Positions 54,896-64,000 of a stretch of DNA of 64,000 nucleotides are shown here, one piece after another (the first letter of the stretch is position 1; each line of letters starts with the position of its first letter). The position numbers were made by a program, and so were the translations under genes. The stretch comes from Candidatus Eiseniibacteriota bacterium (GTDB lineage Bacteria; Eisenbacteria; RBG-16-71-46; CAVPCR01). The DNA lies in the NCBI GenBank assembly GCA_963823555.1, contig CAWGMA010000004.1, forward strand, positions 576,001 to 640,000, given 5' to 3'. Under the pieces are notes generated by a model. That model did not search any database. It was given only the letters and a program-made list of their open reading frames with translations, and was not told where the DNA came from.

Positions 54896-56686
54896 ATGCC
54901 CACCTCTGTCCTTCGCGTCGTCTTGCTGGGTTCCGTTCTGCTCTCGACCGCCACCGTGGCTCTGGCCCTCGATCCGTCTCCCGGGGCCAGGAGCACGCGG
55001 TGGCTCGATGCGCCCGATTCCGGAGACATCGTTTCGCCCGCGGACGCGCCGGCGGCGGCGGGCCCGAGCGATCCCCATCCCTGCGTCGGCTGGCCGGTCA
55101 ATCTCCACTCTCCCGGGGCCGGTTTTCCTTACACGCCAACCCTCTACGATGCGGACGGCGACGGCGCCCAGGAGATCTTCCTCACCGGTGGTCACACCTT
55201 CGGGCTCCGTGGCGACGGCACCTTCCTTCCCGGCTGGCCCACGACCGAGCAGCTCTACATGGGCTACGGCACCAACGACCAGAAGCCCGGCCCCTCGGTC
55301 GCCGACCTCGAGAATGACGGCGACACCGAGATCCTGTGGTCGGAGCGCGACTGGTATGCGGGGAGCGCGCGCATGTGGAGCTTCAACGGCAAGGAGTTCG
55401 ACGCCACGAACCTGCCGGGCTTCCCGCAGGAGGCGATCGGCGGGTCATCCAACGCGCTCGATGTGCCCTTCGTTCTCGGCGACACCGACGGCGACGGGTT
55501 GCTCGAGGCCTGGGGGCCCCACACGCTCGGTAACAACTTCGTTCACTACCGGATCTCCGCCTTCGATCATCTCGGGACTCGGCTCTTCACCACCGATCTC
55601 AATCCGGCGGAGAACATCCTCTCCCTCTACTTCGGTGACCTCGATGGGAACGGCGCCGAGGAGATGTTCGCGATCTCGTTCCTGAGCCCATCGCTCTTCC
55701 TGCACGCCTTCACCGCGACCGGGACCGAGCTCCCTGGGTATCCCATCACCTTGCACACCTTTGCCGGCGGCAATCTGCCGTTCGGGCCGCCGGTGCCGGC
55801 GGATCTCGACGGGGACGGGGATCTCGAGATCCTCATCGGGCACTGGGACGGCGCCGGCTCGCGAGTCCATGCCCATCATCACGATGGCGCTCCGGTCGCC
55901 GGGTTCCCCCTCGCGATCGCGACCTCGAGCCAGCTCTTCTACTTCTGTCTGGGCGATCTCACCGGCGACCGCCGGCCCGAGCTCATCGCCTTCGACAATC
56001 ACCTGGGAGGGGCCTACCGCGTCCACGCGATCAACCTGACCACGGGGCTTCCCCTTGCCGGCTGGCCCTACCCCGTGTCCGGCTGGCCCGAGGGTTTCCC
56101 GACCGTCGTCGATGTCGACAATGACGGATTCCAGGATGTCTGTCTGGCCACCGGTGCTGGCGACCTGCGGGCGATCGATCGCACGGGGCAGCTCATTGCC
56201 GGCTATCCGCAGATGATGATCTCGCCTTCGATCTCCGGCGTGGCGGCGGGCGACATCGACGGCGACGGCCTCTTCGAACTGGTCGCCGCGACCTGGGACG
56301 GCTGGGTCTATGCGTGGGACACGACCGGTGAAGCGCGCCCGGAGCGGGCCGACTGGCCGCTTCGCAACGTGAACGCGCGCAACACGGGCATCTATGGCGA
56401 CAGCGGAAGCACGGCCGGAGTCGCCACCACGCCGCCGGAAACCGATGGGCGGCTCTCGGTGGCGCCCAATCCCATCGTTGGTCGAGCCGAGTTCCGGATC
56501 ACCGGCACGCGCAGCCCGGCGGTGCTCGAGATCTTCGACTCGACGGGGCGGATCGTCGATCGGCTCGGCCCGATCGCCGGGCCGTCCGCGGTGTGGCAGC
56601 CGCCGCCATCGGCGGCCGCCGGGGTCTACTTCGCGCGCCTCGGCTCCGGATCCGCCCCGGGGATCAAGCTGCTCGTGCTCAGATAG
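54896..56686 (+). CDS. Secreted FG-GAP/VCBS-repeat beta-propeller protein with CTD-like C-terminus
   Basis: Repeated DxDGDGxxE motifs with GWP/GFP/GYP spacers; APNP...AGVYFARL...KLLVLR; AAGGAG RBS. Confidence 0.85.
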   Translation: MPTSVLRVVLLGSVLLSTATVALALDPSPGARSTRWLDAPDSGDIVSPADAPAAAGPSDPHPCVGWPVNLHSPGAGFPYTPTLYDADGDGAQEIFLTGGHTFGLRGDGTFLPGWPTTEQLYMGYGTNDQKPGPSVADLENDGDTEILWSERDWYAGSARMWSFNGKEFDATNLPGFPQEAIGGSSNALDVPFVLGDTDGDGLLEAWGPHTLGNNFVHYRISAFDHLGTRLFTTDLNPAENILSLYFGDLDGNGAEEMFAISFLSPSLFLHAFTATGTELPGYPITLHTFAGGNLPFGPPVPADLDGDGDLEILIGHWDGAGSRVHAHHHDGAPVAGFPLAIATSSQLFYFCLGDLTGDRRPELIAFDNHLGGAYRVHAINLTTGLPLAGWPYPVSGWPEGFPTVVDVDNDGFQDVCLATGAGDLRAIDRTGQLIAGYPQMMISPSISGVAAGDIDGDGLFELVAATWDGWVYAWDTTGEARPERADWPLRNVNARNTGIYGDSGSTAGVATTPPETDGRLSVAPNPIVGRAEFRITGTRSPAVLEIFDSTGRIVDRLGPIAGPSAVWQPPPSAAAGVYFARLGSGSAPGIKLLVLR

Positions 56687-56695
56687 GGTCTGGGC

Positions 56696-57169
56696 CTAGG
56701 CGCCCGACTTGCGGCCCCGGCCGAGCAACTGGCCCAAGGAGATGCGGCCGGCGCCGAGGAGCAGGATCGCCACCAGCGGGATGAGGTAGAGAAGCGCCAT
56801 TTCGGGGTTGCCCCAGGACTCGACGGTGGCGGCCGGGACATCCTTGAGTCCCAGGGCGACGAGCCAGTGATCGAGCGCGTGATGGCGCTTGAAGGCGGCG
56901 ACCGCCATCGTGAAGGCGGCGAATGCGGCCCACGGACGCACCCAGATGCCGAGGGCGAGTGCGAGTCCACCGGCAAACTCCGCCAGGGCGGCGGCCCAGG
57001 CGAAGAGGAGCGGAGCGGGGAAGCCGAGGGCTTCCACGCCGGCCAGGAAGCGACCCCCCTCGCCCGAGGCCAGGGCCAGCACCTTGCCCCAACCGTGACT
57101 CAGGGCGAGCGGTAGTCCCACCAGACGGAGGATGAACAGCGCCCAGTCCTCGCGCGAGATCCGACTCAT
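56696..57169 (-). CDS. DoxX-family membrane protein
   Basis: LRL..G....HGWGK, AEFAGG, GAGRISL. Confidence 0.88.
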   Translation of the reverse strand: MSRISREDWALFILRLVGLPLALSHGWGKVLALASGEGGRFLAGVEALGFPAPLLFAWAAALAEFAGGLALALGIWVRPWAAFAAFTMAVAAFKRHHALDHWLVALGLKDVPAATVESWGNPEMALLYLIPLVAILLLGAGRISLGQLLGRGRKSGA

Positions 57170-57367
57170 GCGGTTTTCCTTCCTGGGGAGCGAGGTCCCT
57201 GGGCCCGGTGAGGTCCGGGCCGGGATCGAGCGCGCGAGTCTACGCCATCGCCGGCCCTCCGGGAATGTCGACCTGCGCCCGGTACACGAGACGCCCCCCG
57301 GTGCGATCGAGCACCAGGGGGCGAGCCTTCGGCGACGCAGGCGCTTTCCCCTTCGGGGGCGCCCTTC

Positions 57368-58327
57368 CTATGGATGCACTTCCCTGCGGGCCTGAATCTC
57401 GATCCGGCCGTTCTCGACGCTGACCTCGGCCTCGATCCCGCGCTCGCGCAGCCGGTCCTCGACCGCAGCCTTGATCTCCGCATCCGGGAGCCCGGCGAGA
57501 TCGGAGCAGTCGAGGAGGGGCACATCGACCGCCGGCTCGTCGCCTCCGCCCTCGATCCGGCGCTCGATGCGCGCTTCGATCCGGCCGTCTTGACCGCCAG
57601 CGCGGATTCCGAGCTGGCTGCCTTCCCCCGTGCGATCGAACGTCACCTCGGGATTCGAGAAGCCCATCTGCTCGAGCTGAGCGGTGACATCGCGTTCGAT
57701 CTCGTCTTCGCTGCGCCCCTGGGTCTCCACGCGGATCTCGCGCCAGTGGTTGGCGACCTGGGCGTAGACGTTGCTCGTCACCTCTTCCACCCACGGCTCG
57801 ACGGTGAAGCTGGCCTGGATCCCCTTCTGCCCGAGCTCCTTCACCAGGGCGCGGCCCATGACGGTGGCCTCGGCGTGCGAGCAGCCCGGCACGCGAGCCG
57901 TGACCGCCGTCGTGGACCCGATCTCGAGACGGATCTGGGGGGATCCGGTCGCCGCGCGGACCGCATCCGCCACCGAGCGCGCTCTGGCGGGCCCGTCCCC
58001 GGATCCGGCGAGCGTGATCGACACTTCCTGGCCGACCGTGCGCTCGTAGGAGACCGGGATGAAGAGGAGTGCGATGGCGATCGCAACCGCCACCGCGGCG
58101 GTCGCCCACAGCGGCCGATGCGTGAACTTCTCGAGTGTGCTCATGACGAAACCCTCCCGGGAATGGGCACGGGCGCGAGCGCGCCGCACCGTGGTCTGGA
58201 TGTCCTCTAGGTCTCGAGCGGTGACGCAGCGCAGGGCATCGAGATCGCCCGCGAGCCGTTGCTCTTCGCGCGGGATGTCGTGCTGTTCCGAGCGCATCCG
58301 GTCCATGCGATCGTGAACCCGGTTCAT
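57368..58327 (-). CDS. Putative single-TM anti-sigma factor
   Basis: ATGA-coupled to the ECF sigma gene; cytoplasmic N-terminus, one TM helix, extracytoplasmic repeats. Confidence 0.6.
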   Translation of the reverse strand: MNRVHDRMDRMRSEQHDIPREEQRLAGDLDALRCVTARDLEDIQTTVRRARARAHSREGFVMSTLEKFTHRPLWATAAVAVAIAIALLFIPVSYERTVGQEVSITLAGSGDGPARARSVADAVRAATGSPQIRLEIGSTTAVTARVPGCSHAEATVMGRALVKELGQKGIQASFTVEPWVEEVTSNVYAQVANHWREIRVETQGRSEDEIERDVTAQLEQMGFSNPEVTFDRTGEGSQLGIRAGGQDGRIEARIERRIEGGGDEPAVDVPLLDCSDLAGLPDAEIKAAVEDRLRERGIEAEVSVENGRIEIQARREVHP

Positions 58328-58941
58328 GATGACTCCCTCCGCACCGTCGATGGGCTCGTCTCCCAGGACGGCTGAGCGGCGACCATGGCCGCCCTGCCGC
58401 TCCGCGTGTCGACTCCCAGCCGGCGGTAGTGCGCGCGGAGACGGGCGTGACCGCGCGCGACTCGCGACTTCACCGCGGATACCGTGACCTTCTGCATGGC
58501 CGCGATCTCCGACATCGAGAAGCCCTCGATGTCATGGAGGACGACCGCCTCGCGTTGCACGGCGGGCAGGGTGGCGAGCGCCCGGGACGCTCGCTCCGCC
58601 CGCTCTCGCTCCTCTTCGCCGTGACGGCCATCCGCGCCCCGTGGATCGACTCCGGAGGCGAGGAGGGCGGTGAGGGAGAGGAATCGCCGCCAGAACGGGC
58701 GGCGGCTTCTCCCCCGGTGCACGGAGATGAGGACGGCATAGAACCAGGATCGGAAGCTCGTCTCGTCGCGAAGCAGGGGAAGCTTGGCGTGGGCGCGCAG
58801 CACGGCTTCCTGAAACAGGTCGTCCCCATCCGCCGGCGAGCGGCAGAACCGCCGCGCCGTGGCCCGAGCCTGGTCGTGGAAGGGCGTGAGAAGTCGGATC
58901 AGGGCTTCCCAGCGCTCGCTGTCGGTCGCGCCTTGCATCAC
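58324..58941 (-). CDS. ECF-family RNA polymerase sigma factor
   Basis: DDLFQEA, SFRSWFY, LPAVQREAVVL...EIA...AVKSRVARG. Confidence 0.92.
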   Translation of the reverse strand: MMQGATDSERWEALIRLLTPFHDQARATARRFCRSPADGDDLFQEAVLRAHAKLPLLRDETSFRSWFYAVLISVHRGRSRRPFWRRFLSLTALLASGVDPRGADGRHGEEERERAERASRALATLPAVQREAVVLHDIEGFSMSEIAAMQKVTVSAVKSRVARGHARLRAHYRRLGVDTRSGRAAMVAAQPSWETSPSTVRRESS

Positions 58942-59065
58942 CTCTGCTCGTTGCGATGCGGAGCTCTCCGGTCTTGGCGTTCACTCAAGGAGACGCCTGG
59001 AGAGGGCTCCATGGTCGCAGAAAAGAACGCCTCCCGGGGAGAGAGGGGCCAGGAAGGGGTGGCGG

Positions 59066-60431
59066 CTAGCGGCTGCGGCGGGTGGGGGCGGACTTGCGCG
59101 CGCTGCGCCCGAAGGTCGGCTGCTCGGGGGCCTTCTTCTCGGGGCGCTCGGCGGGGGCGGCATCCGGGCGCGAAGCGGCTGGGCGGACCCGCCCCCGGCC
59201 GGTGGCGGCCGCCCGGCGGCGGTCGCTGCCTCGCCCGCGCTCCGACCGGTCCCCGGTCTCACGCTTGCCGCCCCCCCGGGCCGAGGACGGCCTGAGGTAG
59301 TCGAAGTTGGGAAGGATCACGCGGGGGATCGCCTTCCCGGTGAACCGCTCGATGGCCTCGACGTAGGGCTCCTCCTCCCGGCTCATGAAGGTGAAGGCAT
59401 CCCCCAGGGCGGCGGCGCGAGCCGTGCGTCCGGCGCGGTGCACGTAGTCCTCGGCGTGGGTCGGGACGTCATAGTTGATGACGTGCGAGATGCCCTCGAC
59501 GTCGAGTCCGCGGGAGGCGATGTCCGTGGCCACCATCACCTGGTAGAAGCCGGAGCGGAAGCCGGCCAGCGCTCTCTCGCGCTGCCCCTGGGTGCGATTG
59601 GAATGCAAGGTCGCCACTGGATGACCGCGCCGCTCCAGATCGCGGGCGAGGCGATCGGCACGTCCCTTGGTGCGGGTGAAGACGAGCACCGAGTCCATCT
59701 CCTCGCCTTCGAGGAGCTCGATCAAGATATCGGTCTTCAGATGCTGCGGGATCGGGTAGACCGCCTCGCGGATGCCGACCGCCGTCTTCACTCTCGCGGC
59801 AATATCGATGCGCACCGGTTCGGTGAGCGCCTTCTTGGCGATCGCGTTCAGTTCGGGAGGCATGGTCGCCGAGAACATCAGGGTCTGACGGCCCGCGGGC
59901 AGCTTGCGCAGGATGCGGTTGAGATCGGGAGCGAAGCCCATGTCCACCATGCGATCCGCCTCGTCGAGGACGAGGACATCGAGCTTGGTGAAGAAGACGT
60001 TACCGCGCTCCATGTGGTCGAGGAGGCGCCCCGGAGTGGCCACGAGAATATCGATTCCCGCGCGCAGCTGTCGCTCCTGGGGGCCGATCGCCACGCCGCC
60101 GTAGACGACGGCGCAGGCGAGATCGGTGAACCGCGCGTAGTCGCGCACCGCGGTTTCGACCTGGGCTGCCAGCTCGCGCGTGGGTGTCAGGATCAGCGTG
60201 CGCACCGGGCGCTGCGGGCCGGGCGGGGGGGGGGGCGGCGAGGAGGCGATGGAGAATGGGGAGGACAAAGGCGGCGGTCTTCCCGGTTCCGGTCTGGGCG
60301 CAACCGATCAGGTCCCTTCCTTCCAGAACCGGTGGGATCGCCTTGAGCTGGATGGGGGTGGGATCGGTGTAACCCGCGGCGCGTACGCCGCGCACGATTT
60401 TCGGCGCCAGGCCGAGTCGACTGAAAGGCAA
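59066..60431 (-). CDS. DEAD-box RNA helicase (RhlE-like); frameshift in the G11 run at 60225-60235
   Basis: Q motif and AQTGTGKT in one frame; [26 protein letters not shown] in the next frame. Confidence 0.9.
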
Positions 60432-60440
60432 CTTTTCTTC

Positions 60441-61469
60441 CTAGCTGTCCCCGGCCAGCGCGGCGCGCCAGCTGGGCGGCATGTTCTTCGCGATCTCGAT
60501 CCCCTGGAAAGGCTTGCTGCGCCGTGGCCCCGCCTCGCGGGCCCAGGCGGCCATGCGTGCGATCCCCTCCTCGAGCGAGGTGTGGGGACCGTCCCCGAAG
60601 GCCTGACGCAGCTTATCGTGGTTCGAGAAGGCGTGCTTGACTTCGTTTCGAGCCGGGAGGTAGTTCATCTCCGGCGCCTGCCCCATGGCCCCACCCACGA
60701 TCTCGGCCAGCCGGTTCACGGTGTAGGGATCGTCCGCCCCGACGTTGAAGACCTGGTTCAACGCGTCGGGAGTGAAGGGCGAGTCGGCCATCGCCGGGAT
60801 GATATCACCGATGTAGCTGAACGCGCGCGTCTGTTCCCCGTCGCCGAACACGGTGAGCGGTTGTCCTTGCATGATCTGATTCATGAAGATCCCGACGACA
60901 TTGCGATAGCGGTCGCCGATGTTCTGGCGCTCGCCGTAGACATTGTGCGGCCGGAAGATCACGTAGTCGAGTCCGAACATCTCGTGGCTGACCTTCAGCT
61001 CCTGCTCGACCGCGTACTTGGCGATGCCGTAGGGATCCTCGGGCATCGGCGTCATGTTCTCGGTCATCGGCACCTGATTGGCGCCGTAGACCGCGATCGA
61101 AGAAGTGAAGACGAAACAGCGCACCTCGTGATTCACGGAGGCATTGATCAGGTTGACGCTGCCGATGAGGTTGTTCTCGTAGTTGAATTTCTTGATGAAA
61201 TGGCTGAGCCCTTCGGCCGCATAGGCGGCGAGATGATAGACGAAATCGAAACGCTCGGCGGCGAAGATCCTCTTCACCAGATCCGCATCAGTGACGCTCC
61301 CCTGGATGAAGCGGACATCGGGGTTCACGTTCTCGATGAAGCCTCCGCTCAGGTCATCGAGGCCGGTCACCGTGTGGCCGCGCTCGAGAAGATAGTCGGC
61401 GAGGTGGGACCCCATGAATCCGGCGGCTCCGGTGACGAGCACGCGAGAGGGTCGGATTGATCGCTCCAT
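60441..61469 (-). CDS. NAD-dependent epimerase/dehydratase (nucleotide-sugar)
   Basis: VTGAAGFMGS, YGIAK (YxxxK), NVYG, GDGEQTRAF. Confidence 0.92.
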   Translation of the reverse strand: MERSIRPSRVLVTGAAGFMGSHLADYLLERGHTVTGLDDLSGGFIENVNPDVRFIQGSVTDADLVKRIFAAERFDFVYHLAAYAAEGLSHFIKKFNYENNLIGSVNLINASVNHEVRCFVFTSSIAVYGANQVPMTENMTPMPEDPYGIAKYAVEQELKVSHEMFGLDYVIFRPHNVYGERQNIGDRYRNVVGIFMNQIMQGQPLTVFGDGEQTRAFSYIGDIIPAMADSPFTPDALNQVFNVGADDPYTVNRLAEIVGGAMGQAPEMNYLPARNEVKHAFSNHDKLRQAFGDGPHTSLEEGIARMAAWAREAGPRRSKPFQGIEIAKNMPPSWRAALAGDS

Positions 61470-61502
61470 GCTGGTGCGCTCCACTTGACTGGACCGGTCC
61501 TG

Positions 61503-62750
61503 TCAGCCGCTGGTCGCGGCCGAGCGAGATGAGGGTGTGCCGTGGGGCCGCCCGCCGCTGTTGTCAATGGTCCGGGTGTAGATCGACTCGAGCTGCCGGC
61601 CCACGTTGAGCCAGGAGTACTCCTCGACCGCCTTCTGGCGCGAGCGTTGGCCCAGCTCGGCCGTGGTCGCCGGATCGGCGAGGGCGCGGATGAGTGCCGC
61701 GGAGTATGCCCCGGCATCGCCTGATGGTGAAGCATAGATTCCAAGCTCGCCGAGGATTTCGCGATTCACTTCATTGTCGAAGACCACGGAAGGCAGCCCC
61801 ATGGCCATGTAGGTGAATAACTTGAGGTTGGCTTCAGTGGTCGAGACCTTGGGCGATACCGCGAGATCGGCCAGGGAGAGGTACTCCGGCGCTTCGGCGT
61901 AGGGAATCCGCCCCGTGAAGCAGGTCGCGGCATCGACCCCCAGGGCCCTTGCCTTCTCGCGGTAACCCTCCTCCGGATAACCCATGATCAGGAACCGGAC
62001 ACGCGGGAATCGAGCCACCACGGCGGGGATGGCCTCGAGCAGGAGGTCGATGCCCTGGTATTCGGTGAGGACGCCGATGAAGGTGATGACCTGGTCGTCG
62101 GGCCGGATCCCGAGGCGGTCGCGCAACGCAGGGTCGCGCGGGCGCGGTGAGAAAACCTCCAGGTCGACGCCGTCGATGATGGTCGAGATCCGGTCCGCGG
62201 AGACGGCGAAGGTCTGCTCGGTGCTCCTGGCGGTGCGCGTCGAGCTCACGATCAGGTGTCTCGGCATGGCGTTGATCGATCCCTCGATGCGCTGCACCCC
62301 GCGAACGAACCATCCGCTCTGGGGGATGAATCGGTGGTCCAGGAGCTCGGCGGTCAGGCTCCCTTGGAGATCGGCCACCAGCGGGATGCGGAGGAGCATG
62401 CTCGCGATCTTTCCCAGCACGATGCCCTCGTGCAGATGGGCATGGATGATATCGGGCCGGAACCGGCGAGCAACAGCCAGGACCCTCTCGAGGAGCAGGA
62501 GATCGATGTAGAACTTGTGCACCGAGGGTCCTGCCGAGAGCTTCTTGTACCAGGGGATGGGAACCGTGCGCTCGGTGGGGATGCCCGGGATGTCGCGCCC
62601 AAGCGGATAGGTGCAGACCTTGATTTCGTGGCCAAGATCGATCAGCGCCTGTGCTTCGCCGAGAATCCGCACATGACAGCCGCGGTCGGCAAAGAACGGC
62701 GTGGGTGCAACCATGAGGATGCGCCGGCGCACGCCGACGTCATGCATCAT
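61503..62750 (-). CDS. Glycosyltransferase family 4
   Basis: APTPFFADRGCHVRI, IIHAH, QGIDLLL, KLFTYMAMGLP; GGAG RBS. Confidence 0.9.
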   Translation of the reverse strand: MMHDVGVRRRILMVAPTPFFADRGCHVRILGEAQALIDLGHEIKVCTYPLGRDIPGIPTERTVPIPWYKKLSAGPSVHKFYIDLLLLERVLAVARRFRPDIIHAHLHEGIVLGKIASMLLRIPLVADLQGSLTAELLDHRFIPQSGWFVRGVQRIEGSINAMPRHLIVSSTRTARSTEQTFAVSADRISTIIDGVDLEVFSPRPRDPALRDRLGIRPDDQVITFIGVLTEYQGIDLLLEAIPAVVARFPRVRFLIMGYPEEGYREKARALGVDAATCFTGRIPYAEAPEYLSLADLAVSPKVSTTEANLKLFTYMAMGLPSVVFDNEVNREILGELGIYASPSGDAGAYSAALIRALADPATTAELGQRSRQKAVEEYSWLNVGRQLESIYTRTIDNSGGRPHGTPSSRSAATSG

Positions 62751-63043
62751 TGAAACTCCGGATCTCGAGGTGACCACCGCCGGTCCCGAGGGGCCGGCGC
62801 GGGGGAGCGACCGCCGGTTCTGGCGGCCGGTCCGTTCCGCTGGGAGTATCGGCAGCCTCCCGGCGGCAGGTCAATCGGCCAGATCTGGAGGAGCCGGCTT
62901 CAGGGGCCCGGGTCGGTAGCCTATCTCTCAACGAGACAGGCAGTTGAGCGGAAGTTGCCGGAGGTGCCGGGATAGGTCTCCGGAGTCCCTGTGGTACCAT
63001 GGTGACGTCCCGTCCGCACCCCCCGGTATGCAAGGAGGCTAGC

Positions 63044-64000
63044 GTGCATCGGTCCCGGTTCCTCCCGCTGGTCACGGCCGCATGGTTCGCCCTCGGGATG
63101 GGGGCTTTCACCCCCGCCGCCAGCGCCCTCGATTGTACGGACTTTCCCGCCGGTGGCGTGCAGGTGAACTCCGTGGGGGATGGGGGCCAGACCGACCTGG
63201 CCCTGGTCCACGGTCCTGGCGACATCCTGCACGCGGCATGGGCCGATGCCCGGAGCGGACCGGCGGAGGTCTATTACGCCCAGTCCACCGATGGTGGTCT
63301 CACGTTCGGCGCCGGTCGCCGCGTCTCCCAGGCAACCCTGCCGATCACCGGTACGCCGGTGATCGATGTCGATGCCATGGGCACCATCGCCATCGGCTGG
63401 GCGGGCGAGGAGGCGGGGGACGTCGATGTCTATGTCGTGCGCTCGATCGATGGTGGGGCCACGTTCGCTCCCGAGGTGCGTGCGAACGACTGGGACCGGG
63501 GTGACGAGTCCTTCCCGGCGCTGCGCTTGACGCCGGGCGGCATCGCCTATGTCGGATGGATCGAACATCTGATCGAGGGTAGTCCGAGCGTGCGGCTGGC
63601 GCGGGCGCTGCCGGGACAGCCCTTCGAGGCCAGCACGCGCGTGAACACCGGCCCCGTCTACAGCTCCTGCGAGTGCTGCATCATCGACCTGGCGATCATC
63701 GGGGAGGAAGAGGTCTACGTCGCGTTCATGGCCAATCTCGACTATGTGCGCGACCTCTACGTCAGCCGGTCCAGCGACGGCGGGCAGACCTTCGCCGATC
63801 CGGTTCAGGTGAACGAGGGTCACTGGTTCGAGCCGGGATGCCCGACTTCCGGTCCCCGGCTCGACATCGGCCCGGCGGGAGATCTCCACATTGTATGGGT
63901 GGATCGCCACGACAATGCGCCGTTGCCCAGCGTCTACCACGCGCGCTCGACGGATGGCGGGCAGACATTCCTGCATCGCACCGCCCTGAACCAGCCCGGG
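63044..64000 (+). CDS. Secreted BNR/Asp-box (sialidase-like) beta-propeller protein, 3' truncated; absent from the ORF track
   Basis: AAGGAGG RBS, GTG 63044, signal peptide, four SxDGGxTF repeats, CECC and GCP motifs; frame open to the window end. Confidence 0.85.
   Translation, partial: MHRSRFLPLVTAAWFALGMGAFTPAASALDCTDFPAGGVQVNSVGDGGQTDLALVHGPGDILHAAWADARSGPAEVYYAQSTDGGLTFGAGRRVSQATLPITGTPVIDVDAMGTIAIGWAGEEAGDVDVYVVRSIDGGATFAPEVRANDWDRGDESFPALRLTPGGIAYVGWIEHLIEGSPSVRLARALPGQPFEASTRVNTGPVYSSCECCIIDLAIIGEEEVYVAFMANLDYVRDLYVSRSSDGGQTFADPVQVNEGHWFEPGCPTSGPRLDIGPAGDLHIVWVDRHDNAPLPSVYHARSTDGGQTFLHRTALNQPG

Noticed and set aside
57290..57367. Glycine or c-di-GMP riboswitch upstream of doxX
   Set aside because: Only a CGCCGAAGG fragment matches; the other conserved aptamer elements are absent.

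Overview
GC-rich bacterial window. The FlgD/T9SS-like C-terminal domains, PorV-like gene and 'TWGxIK' tail suggest an FCB-related candidate lineage such as Eisenbacteria or Latescibacterota; this is inference only. The left part holds pentose-phosphate genes (tal-pgi end, gnd, pgl) interrupted by an inverted namZ-murU-amgK peptidoglycan-recycling operon. It then has tandem outer-membrane beta-barrels, a MocR-pdxS-pdxT vitamin B6 unit with a clear operator pair, an acyl-CoA dehydrogenase, and Rrf2 with a double-length UvrA. The centre is a large, split, probable beta-1,2-glucan utilisation locus: two GH144-like enzymes, an ABC transporter, a discoidin-glycosidase, GH1, GH94, LacI, a TonB receptor, a giant surface protein and a PorV-like protein. 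Between its halves lie a secreted Omp28/thioredoxin-like gene and a small-peptide/NoeA-like/NoeB-like cassette. The Omp28-like gene has an in-frame UGA at the first position of its CxxC motif, followed by a SECIS-like hairpin, making it a candidate secreted selenoprotein and the top finding. The right part holds an FG-GAP protein, an ECF sigma/anti-sigma/DoxX unit, a DEAD-box helicase, an epimerase, a GT4 and a BNR-repeat protein. Blocks at about 22-29.3, 36-38.2 and 47.5-53 kb are full of single-base frameshifts, most likely long-read consensus errors. No rRNA, tRNA, CRISPR array or mobile element was recognised.
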